In this document: piece after piece, positions 55,019-64,000 of the stretch
Position numbering within the stretch: the stretch's first letter is position 1
How the letters are laid out: each line of letters opens with the position of its first letter
Source of the DNA: a virus
Lineage: Duplodnaviria; Caudoviricetes
Virus record (IMG/VR): IMGVR_UViG_3300032123_000052
Coordinates: 96,001 to 160,000 of that record
DNA: 64,000 bases
Direction: 5' to 3' (one strand)
Position numbers and translations under genes: made by a program
Notes under the pieces: generated by a model
Seen by the model: the letters and a program-made list of their open reading frames with translations, nothing else
What the model was told of the DNA's origin: nothing
Database searches by the model: none

Positions 55019-55232
55019 GTTCTATAGCATTAAATAACAACTGATCATTATCATGGTATATTCTGTTATTTCTATTTAGATCAGCATAAAACTGATCAAG
55101 ATATTCTTTAGTGAAAATTCTTTGAACTTGACTGTGCCCACGCGCCATTTCCTGTTGCGGTGCCACTGCCTCTTTATCCTTACGAATAAATCCGGCCTGA
55201 TACTCAGCCCAATCTTCAAAAATCACATCCAT
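54918..55232 (-). CDS. hypothetical protein
   Basis: ORF directly after the helicase. Confidence 0.55.
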   Translation of the reverse strand: MDVIFEDWAEYQAGFIRKDKEAVAPQQEMARGHSQVQRIFTKEYLDQFYADLNRNNRIYHDNDQLLFNAIEHGGNGGENILSKYNLEILPRGFNSQPMEDREEE

Positions 55233-55234
55233 AA

Positions 55235-56821
55235 TTACCCCACTATTGATTGAATAAAATATTCAGGGAAAAAGTGTTTATTCCTAATAAGAAAACTTCT
55301 GAATGCAGAGTCGAGGATGTAAACATTACACCAATCCTCCTTATGGCGGACTCCGCGGCCAGTAACCTGGATTAAAGTTAGTGAGGTTTTCCAGAGATAC
55401 CAGTCTGGATCAATTTCTTTTCTTCGCTTGATCTGCGGATCGCCAAGGAATCCAAATGGCATCTTGCAAATTATGATGAATCTAGCAAGATCATCTTTGA
55501 GATCAACCCCTTCACTTAACGATGGAGATATCATAACCTTTGGATCTTTATGTTTTATAAAATATGAAAGCGCCTCACTGCGATCACCACCATCATGCCC
55601 AACCAACCTTCTTTTATTTGTTATCGCAACACTATCCGTGATGTATCTCGATATTTTAAAACTATGTGTATAAATAAGACCTTTATGAGGCATATGGACA
55701 TCCATAATCTCATTTACTGCCTTTGTTACTTTTGGTAATGTCTCATCAATATTAGTATAACTCATTGATCCGGTATTTACAAATATCGTCTTCCGGTTCT
55801 CAACAGGAAAGGTTGGTGGTACCTGATAGAACTCAGCTTCATCGGGAGGTATCCCAAGGTTGCGACAAAAGTTCTTCTTATCCAGTATAGTGGCAGACAT
55901 CATAAGATGACGCTTGCCAAAACTGAATAAAAGATCATCAGCATACGGTGCAACAGTAACTGGTTTAAAGAATATCTTATCGTCATCAGGGTTATTTTTT
56001 CCGCGCTGAATTTCGTGAACCCATTCGTTCTGCTCACAAGTCTTAAGGAAATTATCAATCTTCTTGATCTGTGTATTCAGTCTGGTATTCATCGATGATA
56101 GTTTTTTTATCTGCTCGATTATATTGTCACGACCAGCGACAGAAACTAATAGGTCTGATTTTAAACTCAGTATGTCAGATAAGTTACTTTTAACCTCATC
56201 AGCAAAACAATCTGAAATCTGATTAAGCCAGTCAATATAATCTTCAACCTTATCGTATTCTGGTATATCAGAAAGTGACCCTAGTTTTCTCATATATTTC
56301 GATGTAAACTTGATTTCAACAAAACCCATTAACTCTCTATCCACCCCATGACATTCATCACAAACGATTAGGTTTGCAGGTTTAAATATTTTTGCATATT
56401 GAGTTGCATAAAGAAAATATGTATAATTTAACAATGCTATTTTAGCATTAAGCGCAGCACCCTTTGCCGATTCATATGGACATTCGGTGATATCTGGACA
56501 CCTTCCTGTTTGACAAAATCCATTGTTACAAAAGCTATCCATATGAGCGCAGCTGTAATTGTTACGGCCCATCAACTCAACAAATTCCGGCGATCCGTAA
56601 TCATATACGTACTGGGTCTGCAGGACTTTCTGAGATGTTAATAGGTATGTTGGCGCAAAGTGCATACCAAGGGCAACAGCGATCGGGGATTTTCCCGACC
56701 CTGTTGGTGCCTCTAATATTACATATTTAATCCCACTGTCAAAAGCTTTTTCTATCGTAAGAATGGTCTCGCGTTGATACCGGCGGTAGGTGCCATGCGG
56801 AAAGTGAGTTAGTATATCCAA
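55235..56821 (-). CDS. DinG/YoaA/XPD-family SF2 helicase
   Basis: APTGSGKS Walker A, Cys cluster, DECH, MSAT, EGVD and Q..GRGVR motifs. Confidence 0.9.
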   Translation of the reverse strand: MDILTHFPHGTYRRYQRETILTIEKAFDSGIKYVILEAPTGSGKSPIAVALGMHFAPTYLLTSQKVLQTQYVYDYGSPEFVELMGRNNYSCAHMDSFCNNGFCQTGRCPDITECPYESAKGAALNAKIALLNYTYFLYATQYAKIFKPANLIVCDECHGVDRELMGFVEIKFTSKYMRKLGSLSDIPEYDKVEDYIDWLNQISDCFADEVKSNLSDILSLKSDLLVSVAGRDNIIEQIKKLSSMNTRLNTQIKKIDNFLKTCEQNEWVHEIQRGKNNPDDDKIFFKPVTVAPYADDLLFSFGKRHLMMSATILDKKNFCRNLGIPPDEAEFYQVPPTFPVENRKTIFVNTGSMSYTNIDETLPKVTKAVNEIMDVHMPHKGLIYTHSFKISRYITDSVAITNKRRLVGHDGGDRSEALSYFIKHKDPKVMISPSLSEGVDLKDDLARFIIICKMPFGFLGDPQIKRRKEIDPDWYLWKTSLTLIQVTGRGVRHKEDWCNVYILDSAFRSFLIRNKHFFPEYFIQSIVG

Positions 56822-56864
56822 TTATTCTCCTTTTGTGTTTCTATTGATCGAAGTTTTTCAGTCA

Positions 56865-57518
56865 TTATTTTAATCCGTATACTTTATCAACCATATTCAG
56901 AAGAGTTTTAAGAGCAGACTCAAACCGAAGTTTCGATATCTTTTCCATCCATTCAAAACCATCGAGTGTCCTGATTGGTATAATATCTTTTATTAATCCA
57001 ATCGCCACACTCTCACCTTTAATGTTCTCAAACTTTATGATCGTGGCGTATTGTAAGTTGTCAATCCCAATAACTTTGAGATATGTCCACCAGTAATCCG
57101 TCTTTTCTTTCGAACTGGTGTAGCTGTTCTTCCTGCGGAAATGTTTTCCAATATATTTCTTCTCGAGGTCAGGAATTAGAAATTCAGCATCAATATTGCC
57201 GATTTCCATATGGAGCTTCCTGCATTGTAACTCAACTTTCTTGTGTTTCTTTACAAGCCCAAGTCTTTTTTGGACCATCTCGATTCTTTTAAATGTCTCT
57301 TTTTTCATTATAATCCTTTCGTGCAGGCATCGTCCACCCACAACCACTGTAACGTTACTTTTAAAATCATCACCCCATGGATTTCCACCCTTAGCCCATT
57401 TGACTTTGAATTTCGTATTCTCACAATACGCGTGTAACGCAAGCGCCACACTATCCGGATTCAACCATAGTGGATCGTTCGGCGAGTCATATTCAATCAC
57501 AACTGATATTTTAGGCAT
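56865..57518 (-). CDS. hypothetical protein
   Basis: GGAG RBS. Confidence 0.65.
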   Translation of the reverse strand: MPKISVVIEYDSPNDPLWLNPDSVALALHAYCENTKFKVKWAKGGNPWGDDFKSNVTVVVGGRCLHERIIMKKETFKRIEMVQKRLGLVKKHKKVELQCRKLHMEIGNIDAEFLIPDLEKKYIGKHFRRKNSYTSSKEKTDYWWTYLKVIGIDNLQYATIIKFENIKGESVAIGLIKDIIPIRTLDGFEWMEKISKLRFESALKTLLNMVDKVYGLK

Positions 57519-57591
57519 AAATCTCCTTTGATGTTAATACTGTACGCAAAATCACTTAGTTATAATGTATTAATCACTAATCTTTATAATA

Positions 57592-58113
57592 TTAAGATTT
57601 GAGAGCTGGCTCTTCCCCATTAGCCTTTACACCATTATCAGGTGCAAGGAAATTGCCTGCGCCAACGGATGCGCCGCTTGGCAGATGAATGAATTCGACA
57701 CATCCATCTATCTTTTCATCCAGGGCTAATGGTAATAACCAATTGAGGCAATAAACGCAGGAACCGTCGATACAGAATCCTATATCTCCACGGCCTCGAA
57801 TTATACTTTTAACTATTGTTTCTGTTTCCACAGTATGAGCATCAAAATATGCTTTACGGTCTGATGCTGTGTAGAAAATCACTTTAAAACTTTTCATATC
57901 TGTTATAATTGCGAATCTTTTCCAATTTTCATAATGAACACCAGTTTCTTCTTTAAATTCTCTGATCATAGCGACGCGCTCGTGCTCGCCTTTTTCTACT
58001 TTTCCACCAACACCATTGAGCATGCCTGCTTGCCACTCAGGTTTTTGTTTTCTAATGAGGATGACACTACTCATTCGCTGGTTAAACATGAAACCACATA
58101 CGTATTTTTGCAT
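57592..58113 (-). CDS. Nudix hydrolase (MutT-like)
   Basis: Canonical GGKVEKGE...REFKEETG box. Confidence 0.9.
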   Translation of the reverse strand: MQKYVCGFMFNQRMSSVILIRKQKPEWQAGMLNGVGGKVEKGEHERVAMIREFKEETGVHYENWKRFAIITDMKSFKVIFYTASDRKAYFDAHTVETETIVKSIIRGRGDIGFCIDGSCVYCLNWLLPLALDEKIDGCVEFIHLPSGASVGAGNFLAPDNGVKANGEEPALKS

Positions 58114-58245
58114 ATTTAATATAGTATTCTTTCTTCAAAAATCTTCTTCACCAAATTATAATAATGTTTTCATAATATTTTAAAAAAGCGAGAAGGTATT
58201 TAGTGTGTATCCTCCTCGCTTTTGAAATGATATTACCCTAACCCT

Positions 58246-59220
58246 TTATTTTCGTCTCCATTTATCATTTATATATTCGTACAAAACCCTATCTTGATGG
58301 CTGAGTGTTGGTGCTCCGGATACTATCTCAACAACTTTATAGCCTATCTGTGGCATAGGCATGAGATATTTATCACCATTAACACTGGCGAGGGATGTTT
58401 CAATATCCAGAAAGTGGTCACGTATCTCAACATTAACATTCCCTTGCCCTTTGACCTTTTCAAATGATACGGTGAAGCCTGTCATTTCATACATCTGGCT
58501 GTAATCAGGAGGCGCTTCGCTTGGAATAACCTGTGCACCTTCAGGTTTTCCTCCTGAGTTAAACTGATTTCCAGTAGTCCTGTTTCTGGCTATTCCACCC
58601 TCTTGACGCTGGTTATTTCGTGCATCCTGCACCGACTGGGAGTCAAATCCAGGTTTTTTGGATTGAGTGAGCCTCTGCTCTTCAATCACATTATCCATAT
58701 TAATACAAACCTCTGGAGTTATGGGTTTCTCTTCAGACTTTCCAGGCATACTTCCTTTAATTATTGTTCCATCTTCATCATTTTTTACCGGGATGTCAAT
58801 TTGTTCGAGTTCTGCAATTGCACCTTCAAGACTTTGGTTCGTCTCTTCGGCAACTGTCTCGTTGGTACCATTGGCAATTTCATCCATAGGTGTTTTTTCA
58901 ACAACCTGTTCTTCATCATCATCACCTGGAGGCTTCGGGGCTGAATATTCAACTCCATCAGTTGGGAGTTCGACATCAGATTCATCAATCTCTTCATTGC
59001 CGCCAATTTCTAAATCCGGACCTTGCACAGTTTCCCCTGGTGTATTTTCACTACCAGTGTTATCATCAGTCTCTTCTAAAGACGGCCCGCCTGTCTGCGG
59101 CGTATATTCACCCTCACCATCAAGGTGCGCTTCACCAGTGTTTAAATCTTGATCATTATTGTTCAAGACTACTCCTTTTAAGAAATTGTTCAATATCAAT
59201 CCATACGCCATGCATTTCAT
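58246..59220 (-). CDS. acidic low-complexity protein
   Basis: Glu/Asp/Pro-rich, 324 aa. Confidence 0.65.
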   Translation of the reverse strand: MKCMAYGLILNNFLKGVVLNNNDQDLNTGEAHLDGEGEYTPQTGGPSLEETDDNTGSENTPGETVQGPDLEIGGNEEIDESDVELPTDGVEYSAPKPPGDDDEEQVVEKTPMDEIANGTNETVAEETNQSLEGAIAELEQIDIPVKNDEDGTIIKGSMPGKSEEKPITPEVCINMDNVIEEQRLTQSKKPGFDSQSVQDARNNQRQEGGIARNRTTGNQFNSGGKPEGAQVIPSEAPPDYSQMYEMTGFTVSFEKVKGQGNVNVEIRDHFLDIETSLASVNGDKYLMPMPQIGYKVVEIVSGAPTLSHQDRVLYEYINDKWRRK

Positions 59221-59503
59221 CAGTGAGTATTTGATTTTTGACGATTATATATATAGGGTATTCCAATGTAATAATACCGGTCCTATCAACAAACCCAACT
59301 TCACAATCCTCACTCAGTTGTCTGCAAAGAGCTACGAGCAATTCATCATTTGTTACCTTGTCGCCATTCACTTTGAGATGATATTCATTCTTAAGTTTAC
59401 CATTTACATATACTATCTCAACATCAAATCCATCAAACGATTCGTAACCATAGGTTACATTATCAGGATTGATCTGCAGGCTCTTTCCAAACGGATGGTC
59501 CAT
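59156..59503 (-). CDS. hypothetical protein
   Basis: GGAG RBS. Confidence 0.65.
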   Translation of the reverse strand: MDHPFGKSLQINPDNVTYGYESFDGFDVEIVYVNGKLKNEYHLKVNGDKVTNDELLVALCRQLSEDCEVGFVDRTGIITLEYPIYIIVKNQILTDEMHGVWIDIEQFLKRSSLEQ

Positions 59504-59509
59504 TTCTTT

Positions 59510-59998
59510 TTACTCCTTATTATTTTTAGGAATTTCCCATTTCAAACTTTTGCAACATGGACACATTATTGGTTTTTTATTTTTTCTCGGAATCCAGATG
59601 TGTCCACATCTTTTGCATTTAGTTTGCTCCAAATGGTATATTTTATTTTTTAGCTCCACCCAATGAAGGCTTTTATCACTATGGTGTTTAGACCTATCAA
59701 TTCTAAGTAAGTTCTTAGGTCTATTATCCCTTTTTATTAAATTTATATGATGAATTATATCACCAGGTCCTAAAATCTCATTATAATACCTCTCATAAAC
59801 AAGCCTGTGTAAAGGAATATTTTTTCTTTTAAAATATATAGATCTATACCCATCACCATCAGATACCAAAGATCTTTTTATACTCCATTCCATCTGGCAG
59901 ACCACACACCGGTAGTGTGTTATATATACTTCGCTTTTTATTGTATAATCAATTACTTTGTGAGGTTTACTTTTACACCCAGGACACTCCAACATCAT
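59510..59998 (-). CDS. HNH endonuclease-like protein flanked by zinc ribbons
   Basis: LHRLVY...HHINLIKRDNRPKNL...H; CxxC pairs at both ends. Confidence 0.75.
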   Translation of the reverse strand: MMLECPGCKSKPHKVIDYTIKSEVYITHYRCVVCQMEWSIKRSLVSDGDGYRSIYFKRKNIPLHRLVYERYYNEILGPGDIIHHINLIKRDNRPKNLLRIDRSKHHSDKSLHWVELKNKIYHLEQTKCKRCGHIWIPRKNKKPIMCPCCKSLKWEIPKNNKE

Positions 59999-60027
59999 TT
60001 ATTATATCCTTAAAATATAAGTAAGCT

Positions 60028-60040
60028 TACTTATAATATA
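60028..60040 (-). promoter_or_regulatory. candidate late-type promoter TATATTATAAGTA
   Basis: One mismatch to the + strand late motif; upstream of the HNH gene. Confidence 0.45.
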
Positions 60041-60081
60041 AGTGTGTTTGTTTCAAAATTCAAACATTTTTTTATATATTT

Positions 60082-60852
60082 TCAATAAATATCATCAATA
60101 CGCTTTATGCTGTTAATGTTAATCTCTGTGATTGAGCTACCATCCCACATTCTGATACACAAAGCATCGGCATACCTGAATTCTCCAACATAAATCACAC
60201 CACTATACTGATGGATAGCATAGTGATGATTTGTCTCAAGGCATTTTCCTGCAACATCCCGCCGCCAGTAATCACACATCTCAGAATAGGTCATCAGGAT
60301 GACATTTTCAATATTATCAATATTAACAATGTGAAACACACCTTCAGCCTGTGTCATCCTTATCGTACCGTCGCGCCCAAGGCTGCAGAATTCTCCAATA
60401 ACATCATTACCACCATTTTTATCTTTAATCTTATAATGGTTTCCGGGGCGCATTTTGGTATTATTGATAGTAACTCCCTGTTTACCATCGAAATGCTGAA
60501 AGCCCATCCAGTCCTGTTTTGGGATATCATCTTCATCCTGGGCCGCCGTCTCAAGTATATTTGATTCAACTAGATCGTCATCACCATTCTCATCATGATT
60601 TGTTTCATAGTAATCCCACTCTTCTTCTTCAAACATTTCTCTCTTCCATGGTATATATACCAGAAGAGCTTCAATTACCGGACAATTCTCCGGTTTATTC
60701 TCTATACACCACACTCCGAGACTGCAATTACAATCCTGCTCACCACGAGCGTCTGTATGCATATCATCATAATTTAAGTGTGGGCAAGGCATATTTCTGA
60801 GTTCATTGAATATCTGCTCAGTTCCGCTGGTTATATCGGTCTTTGTTATCAA
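60082..60852 (-). CDS. hypothetical protein
   Basis: Cys-rich N-terminus; two Sm-like beta repeats in the C-terminus. Confidence 0.65.
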   Translation of the reverse strand: MITKTDITSGTEQIFNELRNMPCPHLNYDDMHTDARGEQDCNCSLGVWCIENKPENCPVIEALLVYIPWKREMFEEEEWDYYETNHDENGDDDLVESNILETAAQDEDDIPKQDWMGFQHFDGKQGVTINNTKMRPGNHYKIKDKNGGNDVIGEFCSLGRDGTIRMTQAEGVFHIVNIDNIENVILMTYSEMCDYWRRDVAGKCLETNHHYAIHQYSGVIYVGEFRYADALCIRMWDGSSITEININSIKRIDDIY

Positions 60853-60907
60853 AATATTCCTTTCTCCATATTAGACATAATACCATCATCAATCGCGTCG
60901 TCCCAAT

Positions 60908-61348
60908 TTACCATATACCACCTTTCTTTTTAATTATTCTCTCCACATGTGGAATACCATATTCATACATTGCTGTAAATTGATTTGGGCCCCATCCTGC
61001 TTTTTTAAATATTGTAATAAGACTTTCAGCTAATTCGCCCATTTCTCCCAACAATACTACCTGTGGGTGTTTTATATTATACAAAGCTTTAATTAAACCA
61101 TTAAAATCATCAGCGCTTATTTTTTTTTCCTTTTTTATATAATAATTAGCGATAGTTTCGGTTACAGCTTTTTGATTTATCTCAAAACACTGGCTAATTA
61201 ATTGGATCATTCTACCTGCCAGATTCATATGAATCATACACCCATATGTTTTTCCAATTATCCCACGGATACACTGACAAGATAAATATCGTGGGGACTG
61301 CTCTTCCTTTTTTTTCAACCTAAACCTCCGTTCAAAATCAAAAATCAA
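60908..61348 (-). CDS. hypothetical protein
   Basis: 146-aa ORF. Confidence 0.55.
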   Translation of the reverse strand: MIFDFERRFRLKKKEEQSPRYLSCQCIRGIIGKTYGCMIHMNLAGRMIQLISQCFEINQKAVTETIANYYIKKEKKISADDFNGLIKALYNIKHPQVVLLGEMGELAESLITIFKKAGWGPNQFTAMYEYGIPHVERIIKKKGGIW

Positions 61349-61605
61349 TGACTTATTTTTACAACATTTTTACTAATCTTCTAAAAATCAATGCCCCAAA
61401 TTTACAAATTCCTTTACAAAATGAATGGTTCTGAGAACCTGCAAGAATCGTGCCAATCGTTTATTAAGCGATTAAACCAAAACTCGAGCCTTGTGACATG
61501 ATTGCAAGTAGTTTTGCTGTTATGTCACTATACCTACTGTTCGAGTAGAGCTTTTTAAACCTTGCCTTGAATTTACGCTTCTCAGAACTATTCATTTTGT
61601 CAAGC

Positions 61606-61900
61606 CTTATATAAACATAAGTCTATACTATATATATAATTAACTAATATATATAATAATAATAATATATAATAAGTAATTGATATTAATATACTTATAT
61701 AGTATTAATATATCTTTTGTACTTTTTTACATATGTATGTTATACATACTCTAAAGATTCACAAAAATTTAGTGACACATTAGCAAGGAGAAAGTGTGTT
61801 TGTAGATAATAGATATTTCCCGCGCGTTATATACAAAAAAAAAGTACAAAAAGTTTGAGGGTATTTCTCTTTAATAGACCAGAAGGTGGTCAAGAGAACC
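61606..61900. other. extremely AT-rich intergenic region with inverted repeats (origin candidate)
   Basis: TATATATAAT runs; 14-bp inverted repeat 61715-61728/61838-61851; local palindromes. Confidence 0.4.
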
Positions 61901-61978
61901 GAATAATATAATGGATTTGTATTTTAGAAGCAAGAGGTTTTTTTCTTTTTTTCAAAGTTTATATCTATCAGGTATCCT

Positions 61979-62437
61979 TTAACCTCCTGAGAATATCTCA
62001 TCAATTAATTGATTAAACGATTCGACCACACCTGCAGGTTGAGAATTATCATCACACTGTATTGTGTTGCAGCTCACACACCTTTCGTCCCAGTGTTTCC
62101 ACATATCACCACAACCGGCACATAATGGTTTCCTAACACGACTCCAAGATGAACAATTTATCACTGTGATCATATATTTAATTCTTTGCCAGAAGAATGG
62201 GTTAAATGGTATATGTTCGCACGATATTCTTTTTTTATCACGAGAGCATGTGCACGAATAACATTCATCACCGTACAATTCTGCGTTAGTAACAACAAAC
62301 GTGCTTTTGATTTTATCATAGAAATGTAAAAAAATTTCTGTATTAAACATTACATATTCACCAGGGTCTCCAGATATTGTTGCATAAAATGACCCCCATG
62401 GAGGGTATGCTTTGACTTCATATTTTATTCGTACCAA
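61979..62437 (-). CDS. zinc-ribbon protein, paralogue of the next ORF
   Basis: CAGCGD.W.H...RC..C..C...FN.L.DE.F. Confidence 0.65.
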   Translation of the reverse strand: MVRIKYEVKAYPPWGSFYATISGDPGEYVMFNTEIFLHFYDKIKSTFVVTNAELYGDECYSCTCSRDKKRISCEHIPFNPFFWQRIKYMITVINCSSWSRVRKPLCAGCGDMWKHWDERCVSCNTIQCDDNSQPAGVVESFNQLIDEIFSGG

Positions 62438-62894
62438 AAGTTTCCTCCATTAAGATATTAAATTCCGTTGCGACATCCAAATTCTGTGCACACCTACAGC
62501 CATTGCACCTTTTCCCAGGGAAATGAAGCCACGCATCACCACACCCGTGACATTCGACACAAAACATCAACCTGAATTCCTGTATCATATTGTACACATC
62601 TTTCCAGAAATTATAAGCAGGTATTTTATTAATCATTATTGTGGTTTTTGTTGTATCTATATCGATAATACAAGCCCCATGAATATCTAAAAAATTACAC
62701 CCAATAATATTATTATTATAAGCGGTATAATAATTTAGATTAATTTTTTTGTTATATTTTGATATGGTGGCTTCAGGAATGGCCCCTTTTTGCATTTCAA
62801 TCAACAAAACTCCATATTGGGTAATTTTACTCAACGCGGATTTGAATAACACTTTTATTGGTGGACTGTTTGGTTTTATCAATTTATCAGACAT
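62418..62894 (-). CDS. zinc-ribbon protein, paralogue of the previous ORF
   Basis: CHGCGDAW.H...RC.GC.C...FN.L.EE.F; GGAGG RBS. Confidence 0.65.
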   Translation of the reverse strand: MSDKLIKPNSPPIKVLFKSALSKITQYGVLLIEMQKGAIPEATISKYNKKINLNYYTAYNNNIIGCNFLDIHGACIIDIDTTKTTIMINKIPAYNFWKDVYNMIQEFRLMFCVECHGCGDAWLHFPGKRCNGCRCAQNLDVATEFNILMEETFGTNKI

Positions 62895-62939
62895 AAGAAC
62901 TATCCTCCTGAAATTAATTAAAAAATAATTACCTCATCT

Positions 62940-62973
62940 ATAATTGTTATATCAGATTTGTAGATGCAATAAC
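62940..62973 (-). promoter_or_regulatory. phage promoter motif copy fused to terminator
   Basis: GAGGCA/TGCCTC hairpin, T-run, AGCT, then GTTATT-N13-TGATATAAC-AATTAT. Confidence 0.7.
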
Positions 62974-63078
62974 AGCTAAAAAAAAAGAGGCAAGTTGTTC
63001 TGCCTCGATTTTCTACGTTTACAGTACCACGCAATGGCGCAGCTTATAATTCCACCATCGTATGTGAAATGTGTGCTG

Positions 63079-63420
63079 TTACGCTATGACCGCATTGATA
63101 CGCTCATTATTGTCGAGAAGCCACTCTTGACGAAGAGCCGGGCCGTGAATAGCTGCACACTCTTTAAGCAAAGTAATGGCATCACTTTCGTTGTTGGTTG
63201 ATGTGGAGCGTAATGCTGCCTCTACATCAGAAAGTTTGACATACACTGGTACCCCTTCACATTTACCACGCATCATACCATCAACAGTATCAGGATAGTA
63301 TCTAGTAACTTTTTTCAAACTTTTTATCATAATATTCTCCTTTAAGCGGAATTTCAACCATCTGCTGATATACCGTGCTTTTGTGCTACGGTTATTGTGT
63401 GACGTTTGCTTCGATTCCAC
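63079..63420 (-). CDS. hypothetical protein (likely start MIKSLKK)
   Basis: GGAG RBS before the internal Met. Confidence 0.55.
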   Translation of the reverse strand: MESKQTSHNNRSTKARYISRWLKFRLKENIMIKSLKKVTRYYPDTVDGMMRGKCEGVPVYVKLSDVEAALRSTSTNNESDAITLLKECAAIHGPALRQEWLLDNNERINAVIA

Positions 63421-63643
63421 CCAAAACGCGGTTTGATTCCACCTTAAACAATGGAAAAGGGCTGGTAGTGTCTACTAACCAATGGCGGCCACACGGACAC
63501 CTAGCGATATATACTGTTTTGCCAGAAACACAGTCTACAAAGTCAGGCTCGTGGCCGGTCATAAACCAATGAAGACCTAAATTACATGTTATCATATCAC
63601 CTCCAATTTTAAAAAAAAATAAATATGTGAAGTGAACGTACAA
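63392..63643 (-). CDS. small Cys-rich protein (likely start MITCNL)
   Basis: GGAGG RBS; CPCG. Confidence 0.55.
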   Translation of the reverse strand: MYVHFTYLFFFKIGGDMITCNLGLHWFMTGHEPDFVDCVSGKTVYIARCPCGRHWLVDTTSPFPLFKVESNRVLGGIEANVTQ

Positions 63644-63649
63644 CGTTTG

Positions 63650-63979
63650 CTAAACGGCTGATAGCTGCCGAAGCTGATCAACAACCTCGGCAATGTCTTT
63701 AATATGATATTTTGCACCATAATGATTTTGGGTTTCTAATACATCTGCGGCCTTGGAAATTTTTGTCTTTAGCTGTTTTGTGACCGTTTCTGTTGATTCC
63801 TTATCTAAAATCACAGCGGCTTTATAAGCCGCTTCCACATTGCACTTTTTTTTATGCTTAATATCACTGATGAGCCACGCCTTTTCTCCACATCCACGAC
63901 ATACCGACAGAATATTGTCGCTATCATAAAGCCATTCACCAAATGCATATTCTATTAATACTTCGACTAATTTGCTCAT
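63650..63979 (-). CDS. hypothetical protein
   Basis: CRGCG...H...C. Confidence 0.6.
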   Translation of the reverse strand: MSKLVEVLIEYAFGEWLYDSDNILSVCRGCGEKAWLISDIKHKKKCNVEAAYKAAVILDKESTETVTKQLKTKISKAADVLETQNHYGAKYHIKDIAEVVDQLRQLSAV

Positions 63980-64000
63980 AATTTTCCTTTCTGGTAGTAT

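Noticed and set aside
61350-61597. Single gene read through TAA TAA
   Set aside because: A 43-aa ORF ending in a double stop is the simpler reading; the downstream frame has no recognisable motif
1-64000. Stop-codon reassignment
   Set aside because: TAA, TAG and TGA all end long, well-formed genes; only isolated in-frame TAA cases (13729, about 61470) were seen
1-64000. CRISPR array, retron or diversity-generating retroelement
   Set aside because: No regularly spaced repeat-spacer units and no reverse transcriptase ORF; repeats in 14879-21787 are in-frame protein repeats with synonymous divergence

Overview
AT-rich segment of a large contractile-tailed (myovirus-type, probably jumbo) dsDNA phage genome, standard genetic code, organised as two convergent blocks. 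The + strand (430-27582) is the late morphogenesis operon: putative head-internal proteins, prohead protease, scaffolds, decoration protein, HK97-fold major capsid protein, adaptor/neck, M15 endolysin, a 2302-aa acidic repeat fibre, holin-like protein, atypical receiver domain, tail completion, sheath and tube. The - strand (28036-63979) is an early/middle block of mostly small hypothetical genes plus thioredoxin, a LigD-phosphoesterase/ATP-ligase fusion, an apparently inactivated PolX, a HAD nucleotidase, two Nudix enzymes, a DinG-like helicase, an HNH protein and two atypical tRNAs. A solo-TnpB IS200/IS605 element (28597-29828) splits the 5' end of a triple-HTH gene, and the empty allele can be rebuilt in frame. 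Most unusual: several promoter-driven, highly structured non-coding regions (27660-28030, 29880-30345 with tmRNA-like traits, 35755-36000, 49529-49627, 52000-52176), a 10-copy phage-specific promoter motif, and a K-x-A/S/G motif concentrated in head proteins. All family calls come from motifs read by eye; no database search was run.
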